A program made the translations under genes and the position numbers. The notes under the pieces were generated by a model, which saw nothing but the letters and a program-made list of their open reading frames with translations, did not search any database and was not told the DNA's origin. From positions 1 to 32,784 of IMG/VR virus record IMGVR_UViG_3300048598_000307: DNA of 32,784 bases. One strand, given 5' to 3'. Below, one piece after another: positions 7,689 to 16,587 of this stretch; the first letter of the stretch is position 1, and every line of letters begins with the position of its first letter. This DNA is from a virus. Taxonomy: Duplodnaviria; Caudoviricetes.

Positions 7689-8291
7689 CTAGATGTAGCG
7701 GAAGGCGACCTCGGTATGCGCCGGCTTGGCGCGCCGGATGTCGCATTCGACGTCGGAAAGGATGATGTCGAGCAGGAGATCGCCCGCCTGGGCTTCGTCG
7801 ACTTTCGCGACGGTCTCGCCGAGCAGTGCGAGCTCGACGGTCCAGACGAACTGCTCCGGGCTTTCGACCAGCTCATCGCCGGCCTGTGCGGCATCGGCGA
7901 CCGTGACGCGGTTCTCTACGATGGCGATGGCGACGCCGCGCCGGGCGGCCAGCGCGGTGAAATACGCGATCGAGGCACCGCCGCGGCCGGTCCAGCGCTG
8001 GTGTGCGAGCTGGCGGCGCTGCTCGAGCGACATGGTCGCAGGATCGCGTCCGCACGGGTCCGGCCCCAGTACGCGCTCGAAATCAGGCAGGAGCAGCGTC
8101 GCCGTGCGCGGGTCGATCTCCTCCATCATCTGCTGGGCGACCAGCTCGATATCGGCGGTGCCCGCAGCGATCGACTTGAACAGCGTTTCAAACAGGCTCG
8201 GTGGCGCCCCTTGCGCGCAATGCGGCCAGACCCAGCCGCGGGGCGCATTGCGGACGATATCCGACCGGGCCTGGTCCTTGCTCCTGCTCAC
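7689..8291 (-). CDS. Baseplate protein gp48 (YmfQ/DUF2313)
   Basis: PRGWVW, EIDPRTA..LLPDFERVLG, ECDIRRAKPAHT. Confidence 0.9.
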   Translation of the reverse strand: MSRSKDQARSDIVRNAPRGWVWPHCAQGAPPSLFETLFKSIAAGTADIELVAQQMMEEIDPRTATLLLPDFERVLGPDPCGRDPATMSLEQRRQLAHQRWTGRGGASIAYFTALAARRGVAIAIVENRVTVADAAQAGDELVESPEQFVWTVELALLGETVAKVDEAQAGDLLLDIILSDVECDIRRAKPAHTEVAFRYI

Positions 8292-9388
8292 GGCGCCACC
8301 CAGGTGATGACGCCCCGGCTGGCGAGCTCGCGCGGCGCGCAGACGACATCGCCGGCCGGGACGGTCAGCACGTGCGAGTATTCGCCATTGGCGGCCGAGA
8401 TGGCCTCGGAGATCCGCGAATGCGGCAAGGTGCCGCCGATCTCGGCCTCTCGGGCATGAAACTCGTCGAGGGCGGCTTCAACGGCCGCCCGGTTGGCGGC
8501 CGAATCCGGGCTCAGTTTTATCGTGTAGGGCTGGACCTTCTGCAGGTAGCTCATGACGATGACCTCGGCGGTCACGGGACGCTGCGTTTCGAGATGGGAA
8601 GCGATCGCGTCGATCTCCGCCTCGGTCGGTTCAACCGGCACTGACGCCGTCCCCATCGCGACGACGACGCCGACCGAGCCGTAGCCGACCCAGTTCGGGA
8701 TGGCCTTGACCTTCGAGGCCGCAAACTGGGCGAAGACCCAGTTGGGATAATCGAAGCCCGCACCGCCATGGCCAGGCTCGCGGATGACGGCCAGAAGACG
8801 CGCCAGGAGCGACTCGTCCGATTCTTCGGCCGCGCCGCCGGCGAGACCGCCATCGTCGAGCGTGGCGGCTTGCGGATCGAGGCCGGCCAGCGCGGTCACG
8901 ATCGGCAAGATGGCGCCGCCTGCGGTGTTGGCGCCAGCGCCGCCCTCCGTGGCGATAAGGCCGAGCGTGACCGAGCCGCCGCCGGCGACGACGCCGGGAG
9001 CGGTGGTTTCGACCAGTCCGCCACCCGGCGTGCGCAATTGCAGACCGCTTGGTACGGCGAGCCCCGGCGTTCCGGTGAAGACCGCATAGCCGACTGCCTT
9101 GGTCGCCTCGCGCTTGAACACGCCCCAAATCGAGGCATGGCGCACCAGGTGCTCCTGCTCGGCCTTGTCCGGCATGTACTGGTCGCCCCACCAGCGCAGG
9201 TGCAGATGGGTTTCGAAGAGCCCGTTCGCGTCGGTGCGCAGATGCGCCGAGATCAAGCCCTTCTCGGAGCGCACGGCGCGCGCGATCGCGGCCGGGTCCT
9301 TATCCGGACGTAGCTGGATCAGCGCCGCTTCCATCTCGGCCTCGGCGCGGCCGAGAATGTCCTGGGGTGTCGGGAGCGGAAACGGCAT
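8288..9388 (-). CDS. Baseplate J-like protein gp47
   Basis: MPFPLPT, GGAAEESDESL.ARL, GGAGFDY, RPVTA; ATG 9388 overlaps gp46 stop. Confidence 0.92.
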   Translation of the reverse strand: MPFPLPTPQDILGRAEAEMEAALIQLRPDKDPAAIARAVRSEKGLISAHLRTDANGLFETHLHLRWWGDQYMPDKAEQEHLVRHASIWGVFKREATKAVGYAVFTGTPGLAVPSGLQLRTPGGGLVETTAPGVVAGGGSVTLGLIATEGGAGANTAGGAILPIVTALAGLDPQAATLDDGGLAGGAAEESDESLLARLLAVIREPGHGGAGFDYPNWVFAQFAASKVKAIPNWVGYGSVGVVVAMGTASVPVEPTEAEIDAIASHLETQRPVTAEVIVMSYLQKVQPYTIKLSPDSAANRAAVEAALDEFHAREAEIGGTLPHSRISEAISAANGEYSHVLTVPAGDVVCAPRELASRGVITWVAP

Positions 9389-9852
9389 CAACGCACCCGG
9401 ACGTTACGCTCGACGACCTGGCCGTCGACCTTGCAGCGCAGGCTGAGCATCCCGGCGCGGACCCATTCGGCGCTGACCTCGGCCGCCTGGCCGAGCTCGG
9501 CTTGCGCCCAGGCCAACGCCTCCTCCGCCCAGAACTGGGCGAAGCGGCGGGTGGTCTCCGTCTGCTTGGCGCGGTCGAGCAGCCAGATCCGGCATCCGAT
9601 CTTGCGGCCGAGCCGATCAAGCGCATCGCCGACCCAGCCGCGCCGCGAGACGAAGGAGGTCGAGGCGTTGAGCGCGTCGATGCCGCTCGGCATCTCGTCA
9701 TCCGGCTCGGCCCGGCGATCGGTACCGAGCGAGATCAGCATCGGCGTCAGCGCGGTTTCGTCGAGCAGGAGATCGCAGTCGTCGCCCAGCGCCAGATCGG
9801 CGCGGCGCGTCACCGGGTCATAGACCAGAGCTGCGTCGAGAAAGGCGGACAT
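9388..9852 (-). CDS. Baseplate protein gp46
   Basis: ISLGTDRRA, RGWVGD, GCRIWLLDRAK, AEEALAW; start at ATG 9852, 36 nt from late-promoter palindrome. Confidence 0.9.
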   Translation of the reverse strand: MSAFLDAALVYDPVTRRADLALGDDCDLLLDETALTPMLISLGTDRRAEPDDEMPSGIDALNASTSFVSRRGWVGDALDRLGRKIGCRIWLLDRAKQTETTRRFAQFWAEEALAWAQAELGQAAEVSAEWVRAGMLSLRCKVDGQVVERNVRVR

Positions 9853-9910
9853 GGCGCCGAAAGTGACGCGCGCGCGCAAGCTGCGGCACGCCCCGATCTC
9901 GGGGCATCAC
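9853..9910 (-). promoter_or_regulatory. Late promoter copy 3 (imperfect palindrome plus -10 CACTTT) upstream of gp46
   Basis: CGGCACGCCCCGATCTCGGGGCATCAC (9884-9910), 24/27 identical to the copies at 22205 and 29699. Confidence 0.75.
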
Positions 9911-9972
9911 GCGCTCTTGCTTCAGGAAACGAGAGACGTATCTCGGGAGGACGACACGACCGAAGGCCGAGC

Positions 9973-10461
9973 ATGCTCACCGATCGAGACCAAACACCCA
10001 TCATCCCGCGGATGGCGGTTGCCTACCATGAGGCTGGACATGCGCTTGCCGCCCTGCATGTGGGCAACCGGATCGATTTCGCTTCTATCGACGGCGCAGT
10101 CTCCTACAAAGCTGACGCAACCGGCCTAGCCCCGGCACAACAGCGAGCGTTCGTCGCTGATCAAATGTTCGTTCTATGGGCTGGGCATTCTGCCGAGCTG
10201 CTCTTCTGGAGAAGCTTCGCCGGGGAGAAGCCAGAATTCCTGACAAGCCACCGCAATGATGTCCGCAAGGCGGAAAATTGGGCGCGCCTTGTCGCAAATC
10301 GAGAGGAAGACGTCAGCGAGCTCATGGATGAGGCTCGATCCCGTGCTTTTCGATTCGCTGTCACCTACTCGCAAACTCTCACGGCCCTGGCCTCGCGCCT
10401 TTCTGAGACTGGTGAGATGTCGGAGGAGGAGATCCGCGGCATCGCAGCCGCGACGTTTTAA
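9973..10461 (+). CDS. Stand-alone peptidase M41 (FtsH protease domain)-like zinc metalloprotease, antisense moron
   Basis: AYHEAGH zinc motif, LWAGHSAE, downstream ND, and C-terminal LASRLSETGEMSEEEI as in M41 domains; no AAA or TM part. Confidence 0.78.
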   Translation: MLTDRDQTPIIPRMAVAYHEAGHALAALHVGNRIDFASIDGAVSYKADATGLAPAQQRAFVADQMFVLWAGHSAELLFWRSFAGEKPEFLTSHRNDVRKAENWARLVANREEDVSELMDEARSRAFRFAVTYSQTLTALASRLSETGEMSEEEIRGIAAATF

Positions 10462-11015
10462 ATCTCCGGCTCCGGGTCCGGGCCGACGACAGGCGGCACC
10501 GAGCACCACACGCCGCCGCGATCGACAAGGACATAGTGGTCGCCCGTCCGGATCTTGGCGTAGTCCGTCCGAACGACCGTCCGCGAATCCGCGCCGACCT
10601 TTGCGACGACGCGATCCTCCGTCACCTCGGCCGTGGTCTCCTTCACCTTCACGAAGACCTTCTTCGTCGTCAGAATCTCGATCGTCCCGTCCGCCTTGAA
10701 GTGGATGCGGTCGCCCTTGAGGTTGTGCACGGCGGCCTCGCCCTCGGCGAGATTGCCCAGGCGCGATCCTGGCGCCGCGACCGGGAGCCCGGCGAGATCG
10801 CCCTGGTCGCCGCCGATCGCGAAGACGAGCATCATGCCGCCGGCCGGCGGGCGAGAGGAGAAGCCGAATGCCTGCGCGATCTCGACATCGGTGCGGTCGA
10901 CATGGCGATGCGTGGTGACGCTGGCGGTCTGGCTGCCGCCCTTGTCATTGGTCGAGCGCACCACGGCCCGGCTGACGATGCCGCGGAAGGCGTGGACGAT
11001 GTCCTTGATATCCAT
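10458..11015 (-). CDS. Baseplate assembly/spike protein gp45
   Basis: QAFGFSSRPP, GGD, LAEGEAAVHN..GD; position after gp44. Confidence 0.88.
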   Translation of the reverse strand: MDIKDIVHAFRGIVSRAVVRSTNDKGGSQTASVTTHRHVDRTDVEIAQAFGFSSRPPAGGMMLVFAIGGDQGDLAGLPVAAPGSRLGNLAEGEAAVHNLKGDRIHFKADGTIEILTTKKVFVKVKETTAEVTEDRVVAKVGADSRTVVRTDYAKIRTGDHYVLVDRGGVWCSVPPVVGPDPEPEI

Positions 11016-11023
11016 GGCTGGCC

Positions 11024-12268
11024 TCAGAGCGGGTTGGCGGTGCCGTCGAGCTTGCCGGCCTTGCCCGAGCTAGCCTTGCCCTTGGACTTGCCCGAACCCT
11101 TGTCCGCGCGGCGATCATTCTCCGGCAGGAGGTCGTAGGCTTCCGGCCCTGTGATCCGCAGCTTGGTCTGAGGCCCGCGGTCGCCATAGGCGACGCGGAT
11201 GCCGGCGATGAGCATGTCGCGGTCGAGGTTCGAGTAGGCATCGGAGACGCCGGCGATGGTGTTGGGTTTCCAGAACTGGCCGTTCGCCTGGAAATCCGGC
11301 CAGGCGTAATCCTCCTTGTCGCCCTTGCCCCGCCGGGTCCGCATCTCCCACTCGGCCTGGCGCTGGGCGTCGAAGGCCGTGGCCTTGGTGCGGGCCATGG
11401 CTATGAAGGGCCGCCAGCGCGTTACCTCCGGATCCCGGGCATGGCCCATGACGAGCGTGCCTGCGCCTTCCGGCACATCCTGCGGGTCGTCGGTCGCCGG
11501 GGCCGACTGGGCGGGCGCCGACTCGAGCGGCTCGGCCGAGGCATCGAGCGCGGCTGTCTTCGAGCGGCGGCCGCCGTTCTTCTCGCTCTGGCCCTTCACG
11601 AAATAGTCGCTGAAGCGTTCCCGCGCCGAGAAGGAGCCGCGCAGCCTGGTGATGTTTCCCGGAAAGCGGATATCGCTGGCGGCGCGCTCCTGGCCGGAGC
11701 GGGTGATGACGAGCGTGCCGACGCGGTCGGTGGTGATGAGGACGCCGCGCTGCTTGGCGTATTTCGCGAGGATGGAGAGGACAGTCTCGCCGGCCTCCAC
11801 CGTGCATTTGTCGAAGTTCGGGGAAACATCGGTATCGCAGCGCACCTTGATGCCGAAGGGCGCGCAGAGCTTCTCCGCGAGCTCGGTCAGCGAGATGTCG
11901 CGATACTCGTGCTTGCCACGCGGATCCGGCGGACAGTCGACCAGGTCGCCGGTCAGGTCGCGACCAGTGATGACGGTACCGGACTGGCCGACCGAGGCGT
12001 CCGGCATGACGTCGTCGATGTAACCAATGAGCCAGACCACGCCGTCGATCTTGATGGTGACCTTCTTGCCCCAGTCGAGCAGGCCAGAGCCGTCGACGGC
12101 GGCCGCATGCTCCCAGGCCTGCATGGCGCGGAGCTCGTCCCGGCAAGCGAGTTCGAACGAGGCCGAGAGCTCCGAGAGATCATGGCAGAGATCGGCGCGG
12201 TAGAACTGGGTGAAGTCGTTGTCGTCGATCGAGAGCGTGATCCGCCGCGTCGGCTCGACCGCGATCAC
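11024..12268 (-). CDS. Baseplate hub / tail protein P (gp44)
   Basis: GTG at 12268 overlaps gp43 stop; GYIDD, ITGRDLTGDLVDC, ERFSDYFVKGQ, QAEWE, WKPN. Confidence 0.9.
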   Translation of the reverse strand: MIAVEPTRRITLSIDDNDFTQFYRADLCHDLSELSASFELACRDELRAMQAWEHAAAVDGSGLLDWGKKVTIKIDGVVWLIGYIDDVMPDASVGQSGTVITGRDLTGDLVDCPPDPRGKHEYRDISLTELAEKLCAPFGIKVRCDTDVSPNFDKCTVEAGETVLSILAKYAKQRGVLITTDRVGTLVITRSGQERAASDIRFPGNITRLRGSFSARERFSDYFVKGQSEKNGGRRSKTAALDASAEPLESAPAQSAPATDDPQDVPEGAGTLVMGHARDPEVTRWRPFIAMARTKATAFDAQRQAEWEMRTRRGKGDKEDYAWPDFQANGQFWKPNTIAGVSDAYSNLDRDMLIAGIRVAYGDRGPQTKLRITGPEAYDLLPENDRRADKGSGKSKGKASSGKAGKLDGTANPL

Positions 12269-13599
12269 CGGAGCACCTCGACCGGGCCGGCGCCCAGCAT
12301 CGTCGGATGGCGCAGCCGGTTGCGCCGGACGATATCGGTGGCGAAGGCGATGACGGCGGACGGATCGTCGCCGACCAGATGCTGCGCCAGCAACAGTGCG
12401 GAGGCGTTGCCGGGCGGCTCGATCATCTCGACCGAAGGCAAGCGGCCGATCGCTTCCGACAGGTCCATGGCGAGCTTGGCGCGCAGCTCGCCCAGCGCTC
12501 GCCACAAGGCGGCCGCCGGCGCGACCTGGCTGCCGGCAAGCTCGGCCGCGCTGCGCTGCGACCGGCGCAGGCGATCGTCGAGCGTGGCGCAGATGCCCTG
12601 GGCGTCCTGCCGGGAGTTGAAGGGGATTTGAACGACGAGCCGGGCCGCCTCGGCCAACGCGCCGGCCTCGGCCGCGCAGAGCACGGCGCGCTCTGGAGCA
12701 CCGGTCGGCAACGCGACCGCGGTGATCGACGGGAGGCCGACCACCGGCACGTCGTCGGCGGGGCGCAGGCGCCGGCCGATATCGCTCGCAACGCCCATGA
12801 GCAGGATGGCACCGGCGCGTGGATTCGCCGGTACCGGCGCGATGGCCTCGGGGCCGGAGCCGATTCCGCTGGCGGGCTGCGGCCGGTGAATGGCGGACAT
12901 CGAGGCGAACAAGGCCGCCGGCGCGGCGGCCAGGGCTGAGGCGGTCTCGACCCGGGACGGCAGGGCCACCGCGGCCGCGATCGCGGCCTCGGCCGAGGCG
13001 ACGGCCGGCAGGAGCGAGGCCGCGCGCTGCGCCTGACCTGCCCAGCCGCCGGTGACGGCGATCGCGGTGCCGACCGCGCTGACGGCGCGGGCATAGGTTG
13101 CGGCGGCCAGCGGCGATGCCGACAGGGCAAGCCGCGCCAGCGAGACGGCTGCGCCGCCCAGCGCGCCGGCGGCGACCAGGAGTGGACCAAGCGTTGCGAG
13201 GAATCCGGCGCCGACCGTGACGGGATCGAATTCGGCATCGATGCGCGCGACGCGCAGCTCCGAGACGTCGAACTCGATCGAGGCCGGGCGGAAGAGCACG
13301 CAGCGGATCGGCCCGCGCCACGGATGGATGAAGGTCGCCGGGCCCGGCGCGCGGAAGGCGGCGTGCAGGGCCTGCGCTTGGGCGACATAGTCGTCGCCGA
13401 TGACCAGGCCGGAGATCCGGATCGGCCCGTCGAGCGGGCCGGTATCGTCATGGGTCTTCAGGTCGAGCCCCGGAAACAGAACCTGGTGGATGCGCCGGCC
13501 GACCGAATGCTGGGCGTTGATCACCCAGAAGGGCTGGCCGCGCCAGGCGGCGGGCATCAGTCCCGGCAGCAGGCCGTCGATGTCGTCGAACAGGCTCAT
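12265..13599 (-). CDS. DNA circularisation protein N (gp43)
   Basis: AAWRGQPF, GRR, GDDY, GPATFIHPWRG, RNRLRHP; ATG 13599 overlaps TMP stop. Confidence 0.9.
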   Translation of the reverse strand: MSLFDDIDGLLPGLMPAAWRGQPFWVINAQHSVGRRIHQVLFPGLDLKTHDDTGPLDGPIRISGLVIGDDYVAQAQALHAAFRAPGPATFIHPWRGPIRCVLFRPASIEFDVSELRVARIDAEFDPVTVGAGFLATLGPLLVAAGALGGAAVSLARLALSASPLAAATYARAVSAVGTAIAVTGGWAGQAQRAASLLPAVASAEAAIAAAVALPSRVETASALAAAPAALFASMSAIHRPQPASGIGSGPEAIAPVPANPRAGAILLMGVASDIGRRLRPADDVPVVGLPSITAVALPTGAPERAVLCAAEAGALAEAARLVVQIPFNSRQDAQGICATLDDRLRRSQRSAAELAGSQVAPAAALWRALGELRAKLAMDLSEAIGRLPSVEMIEPPGNASALLLAQHLVGDDPSAVIAFATDIVRRNRLRHPTMLGAGPVEVLR

Positions 13600-15620
13600 G
13601 CGCGACCGAGCATGCTGCCGCGGTTCGGCGTGATCGGCACGGCCGGGTTCTCCGACTGGACGTTGACGACGCGCGAGCCCTCCGACGCCTCGACGACGAT
13701 GCGGCCGCCGACCTGCATGTTGCTGTTCGAAGCCGGGCCGCCCGCGGTGCGCGTGAAGCCGGCCGAACCGCCGACGCCGCCTCCAGGCGCTGAGCCAGGC
13801 GTGATCATGCCAGTTGGATTGCCCATCGGGTCTACGCCGCTGCCACCGGGCGTGCCAGGAGCCGCTCCACCGCCCAGCCAGGAGGGAAGCTTGATCATCT
13901 TTGAGAGATCGATGCTGCCGATCGCCGAGATGATCCGGCTCGGAAGACCGGCGCACAGTGCGATGAGCGCGTCGATGCCGCGCGCGAATCCATCGACCAA
14001 GGATTTAGCCAGCTGCGACCCTACGGCGACGAGGTCGACCTTCATCAATGCATCGACGAGCTGCTGGCCGGCTTGGGTGCCCGCCCGAGAGACAGCCGCA
14101 CCGAACTCGACCATCGCCGTCCAGGCCCGGCTGGGCCAGCTGGTGACGGCCTCAGCGACATTCGTCCAGATCTGGGAGAGCTGCGGACCAATAGCCGACC
14201 AGTTCTGCCAGACGTAGAGCGCGCCGGCCGCCAGGGCGGCAAGCCCCGTGACGATCAGCCCGATCGGCGAGAGGAGCAAAGCCAGTACAGCAGCCAATGC
14301 ACTGACGATCGGCGTGAGGATGGCAATTGCAGCTCCGAGCGCGAGCAGAGCACCGGTCCAGGACAGGACGCCGTTGATCAGGCCGGGCCACTTCTTGTCG
14401 ACCTGGTCGATCCAGTGAAGAAGCTGCTGGAGCCAGCTTATCGCCGTGGGCAGATTTGATGCGAAGGCGAGCCCGATCCGATTGCCGAGAGACCCTGTCA
14501 GTACGCCGAACTGCTTCAGTTGGGGCTCAAGCCCTTTCATGCGCGTCGCGAAGTCGTCGATGATGACGTCGGTCCCCGCTTCCTTCAGCTGACGCTTGAA
14601 GTCCTTGTACTTGTCGACGGCCTGCATGAAGGGCAGCAGGAAGCCGAGCACCTGCATGTCGGCATAGAGCTTGCCGACCTTCGTGCCTTCCAGCAGCGTG
14701 CGAATCTGCTTTTCGCGTTCCTTATCGTTGACCCCGGCCTTCTTCATGATCTTGTCGATCTCGGCCTGCTGGGGCTTCAGCTTATCCATCATCTTCTGAA
14801 GGACAGCCTCGATAGGATTGATGCCCTTGGCCGCAGCGTTGGTCATGACGCCAGTGACATCGACCTTCAGCTCCTTCTCAAACTTCTTGATCGCTTCAGG
14901 AGCGTTGATCTTGGTCAGGAAGTTATTGAGGTTCGTCGCCGCCTGGCTGGGGTCGGCCGTCCCGAGCATGGCGATCTGCAGGCTGGCTCCGAGCGTCTCG
15001 ACCGCCTCGGCGCCAGCGACCCCGAATTTGGCCATCTGAGCCGAGAGCTCCGGAAACTCGCGGGCCATGTTGGCGAACTCAAAACGGCCCAGCTTGCCGG
15101 CAACGACGAGCTTACCCAGCATCGCTTCCATCTGTTCCGCAGGCACTTTCAAGGACTCGCTGAGAGAGAAGGCCGTTTTCGCCGTGTCATCGATCGTCGC
15201 GCCCGTCGCGGTCGCGACCTTGGCGATCGTCGGCATCAGCTTGTCGATCAGGGCGGAATTCATGCCCGCCGAGATCAGCGTCTTTGCGCCCTTTGCTACG
15301 TCCATCGAGCTCTGGCCGGTATCGAATGCGAGCTTCTGGTACTGCTTCGACAGATCTCCGATCATGGTCTCAGCCGCCGCACCGGCCTTCCCGGCGGTGA
15401 TCGCGATGTCACGGAGCTGCGCGTCCCAAGCCGCTGCCTGCTGAATCGGCGCCGTAAAGGAGAGCGCGGCAAGCGCGCCACCGATCACGCCGATGCGGCG
15501 GCCGAGATCTCCGACCGCCGTGGCCGTGGCCGAGATTCCCCGAGTAAGGCCGCGGAGAGGCGCCGTCAGCCGGTCGACCAACTGGACGAGGACCGAAACC
15601 TTCATGTTCGGATTGGCCAT
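13596..15620 (-). CDS. Tail tape measure protein
   Basis: 674 aa, LVDRLTAPLR, AGKLGRFE..NMAREFP, AATNLNNFL; position after tail chaperone. Confidence 0.92.
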   Translation of the reverse strand: MANPNMKVSVLVQLVDRLTAPLRGLTRGISATATAVGDLGRRIGVIGGALAALSFTAPIQQAAAWDAQLRDIAITAGKAGAAAETMIGDLSKQYQKLAFDTGQSSMDVAKGAKTLISAGMNSALIDKLMPTIAKVATATGATIDDTAKTAFSLSESLKVPAEQMEAMLGKLVVAGKLGRFEFANMAREFPELSAQMAKFGVAGAEAVETLGASLQIAMLGTADPSQAATNLNNFLTKINAPEAIKKFEKELKVDVTGVMTNAAAKGINPIEAVLQKMMDKLKPQQAEIDKIMKKAGVNDKEREKQIRTLLEGTKVGKLYADMQVLGFLLPFMQAVDKYKDFKRQLKEAGTDVIIDDFATRMKGLEPQLKQFGVLTGSLGNRIGLAFASNLPTAISWLQQLLHWIDQVDKKWPGLINGVLSWTGALLALGAAIAILTPIVSALAAVLALLLSPIGLIVTGLAALAAGALYVWQNWSAIGPQLSQIWTNVAEAVTSWPSRAWTAMVEFGAAVSRAGTQAGQQLVDALMKVDLVAVGSQLAKSLVDGFARGIDALIALCAGLPSRIISAIGSIDLSKMIKLPSWLGGGAAPGTPGGSGVDPMGNPTGMITPGSAPGGGVGGSAGFTRTAGGPASNSNMQVGGRIVVEASEGSRVVNVQSENPAVPITPNRGSMLGRA

Positions 15621-15624
15621 CGCC

Positions 15625-15780
15625 CTATCCCTTCGCGGCCTCCGCCGCCCGGCTTTCGAGCTCGGCGGCGATGTTGAACTGCCAGCGCAGCTCGGGGAGC
15701 GTGAGCCGCTCGGCCTTGTCGAAGCCGCCGCCGTAATACCGGGCGACGGAGCCGACGATCAGCGGCCAGTCTTCCGGCCA
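15625..15780 (-). CDS. Tail assembly chaperone extension (GT/gpE'-like), no start codon of its own
   Basis: +1 frame relative to TAC: WPEDWPLIVGSVARYYGGGFDKAERLTLPELRWQFNIAAELESRAAEAAKG*; LTLPELRW resembles gpE'; exactly fills TAC-TMP gap. Confidence 0.7.
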   Translation of the reverse strand, partial: WPEDWPLIVGSVARYYGGGFDKAERLTLPELRWQFNIAAELESRAAEAAKG

Positions 15781-15781
15781 C

Positions 15782-16180
15782 TCACTCCTGCAGAAACGAG
15801 ATCACGGCAGCTGCGGCCGTGACGTCCCTTGCCAGCATGTTGTCGAAGAGCGGATCCATGCGGTGCTGCTTGATGCCGGTCGCCTGGGCCAGCGCGACAA
15901 CGGTCTGCTTTTCCGGCGGCGCCTGGGCGATCATGCGCAGGTTGAGGCCGGTCATCTCGCGGAACGTCAGAGCGTCGTAGGTTTCCTCGCGCTGGCCGCC
16001 GGCGTTCTTGATGGTCAATGTTACCGGCTTGATCAGCGGCAAGGTGATGGTGCCGTCATCATTGCGGATCGCGCGTTCGGGAAGCGCCACCTTCTTCGAG
16101 GTTGCAGCATCGTCATCGACCACAACGCTGCCAGCCGGCGCAGTCAGGTCCTCGGCGTCTTCGATCACGACCGGTTTCAC
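15782..16180 (-). CDS. Tail assembly chaperone (gp41-like)
   Basis: LPLIKPV, LTFREMTG, FDNMLARD; between tube and TMP. Confidence 0.85.
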   Translation of the reverse strand: MKPVVIEDAEDLTAPAGSVVVDDDAATSKKVALPERAIRNDDGTITLPLIKPVTLTIKNAGGQREETYDALTFREMTGLNLRMIAQAPPEKQTVVALAQATGIKQHRMDPLFDNMLARDVTAAAAVISFLQE

Positions 16181-16539
16181 GCGATCACCTCCTCATAGTC
16201 ACCAGCGGACCATTTCAGGCCGATCTTCCCGCCTTCGCCGCCTGTCAGTTCGCGATTGTCGGTCAGGAAGGCGTCCGGCCACACATAGGTCTGTCCGGTA
16301 TCGCAGATGACCTGCAGCTCGCCCTCCTCGGACGTGTAGAGGTCCTTCATGCGCTGGCCGCGTTCGAGGGCAGTGGTCGCCTCGATCTCGGAGGCTTCGT
16401 ATTCCTGCGCGCGGCCGACGCGCTTGCCGTAGACGACGGCATTGTTCTTCAGGCCACCGAGCTTGAGCTTGGCGCCCTTCTCGACGGGCACGTTGCGGCC
16501 CTTCCAGACGATGTCGATGATGCCGAGCGTCTGCGCCAT
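16177..16539 (-). CDS. Tail tube protein
   Basis: 120 aa after sheath; MAQTLG, CDTGQTY; SD AAGGAG. Confidence 0.88.
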   Translation of the reverse strand: MAQTLGIIDIVWKGRNVPVEKGAKLKLGGLKNNAVVYGKRVGRAQEYEASEIEATTALERGQRMKDLYTSEEGELQVICDTGQTYVWPDAFLTDNRELTGGEGGKIGLKWSAGDYEEVIA

Positions 16540-16587
16540 CGGATGCTCCTTTCAAGGCGCGTTGAAGCGCCGGTTCAGACGGCCGGT

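Noticed and set aside
9367-9972. N-terminal 202 codons of the 364-aa + ORF
   Set aside because: Shadow of gp46; only the part from ATG 9973 looks like a protein.
12269-13321. 5' extension of the 765-aa ORF, and similar extensions of ORFs ending at 342, 5412, 12265, 18061, 18246, 19383, 28348, 28731, 29210, 30081
   Set aside because: Off-frame overlap with the upstream real gene; true starts lie at stop/start overlaps or have an SD.
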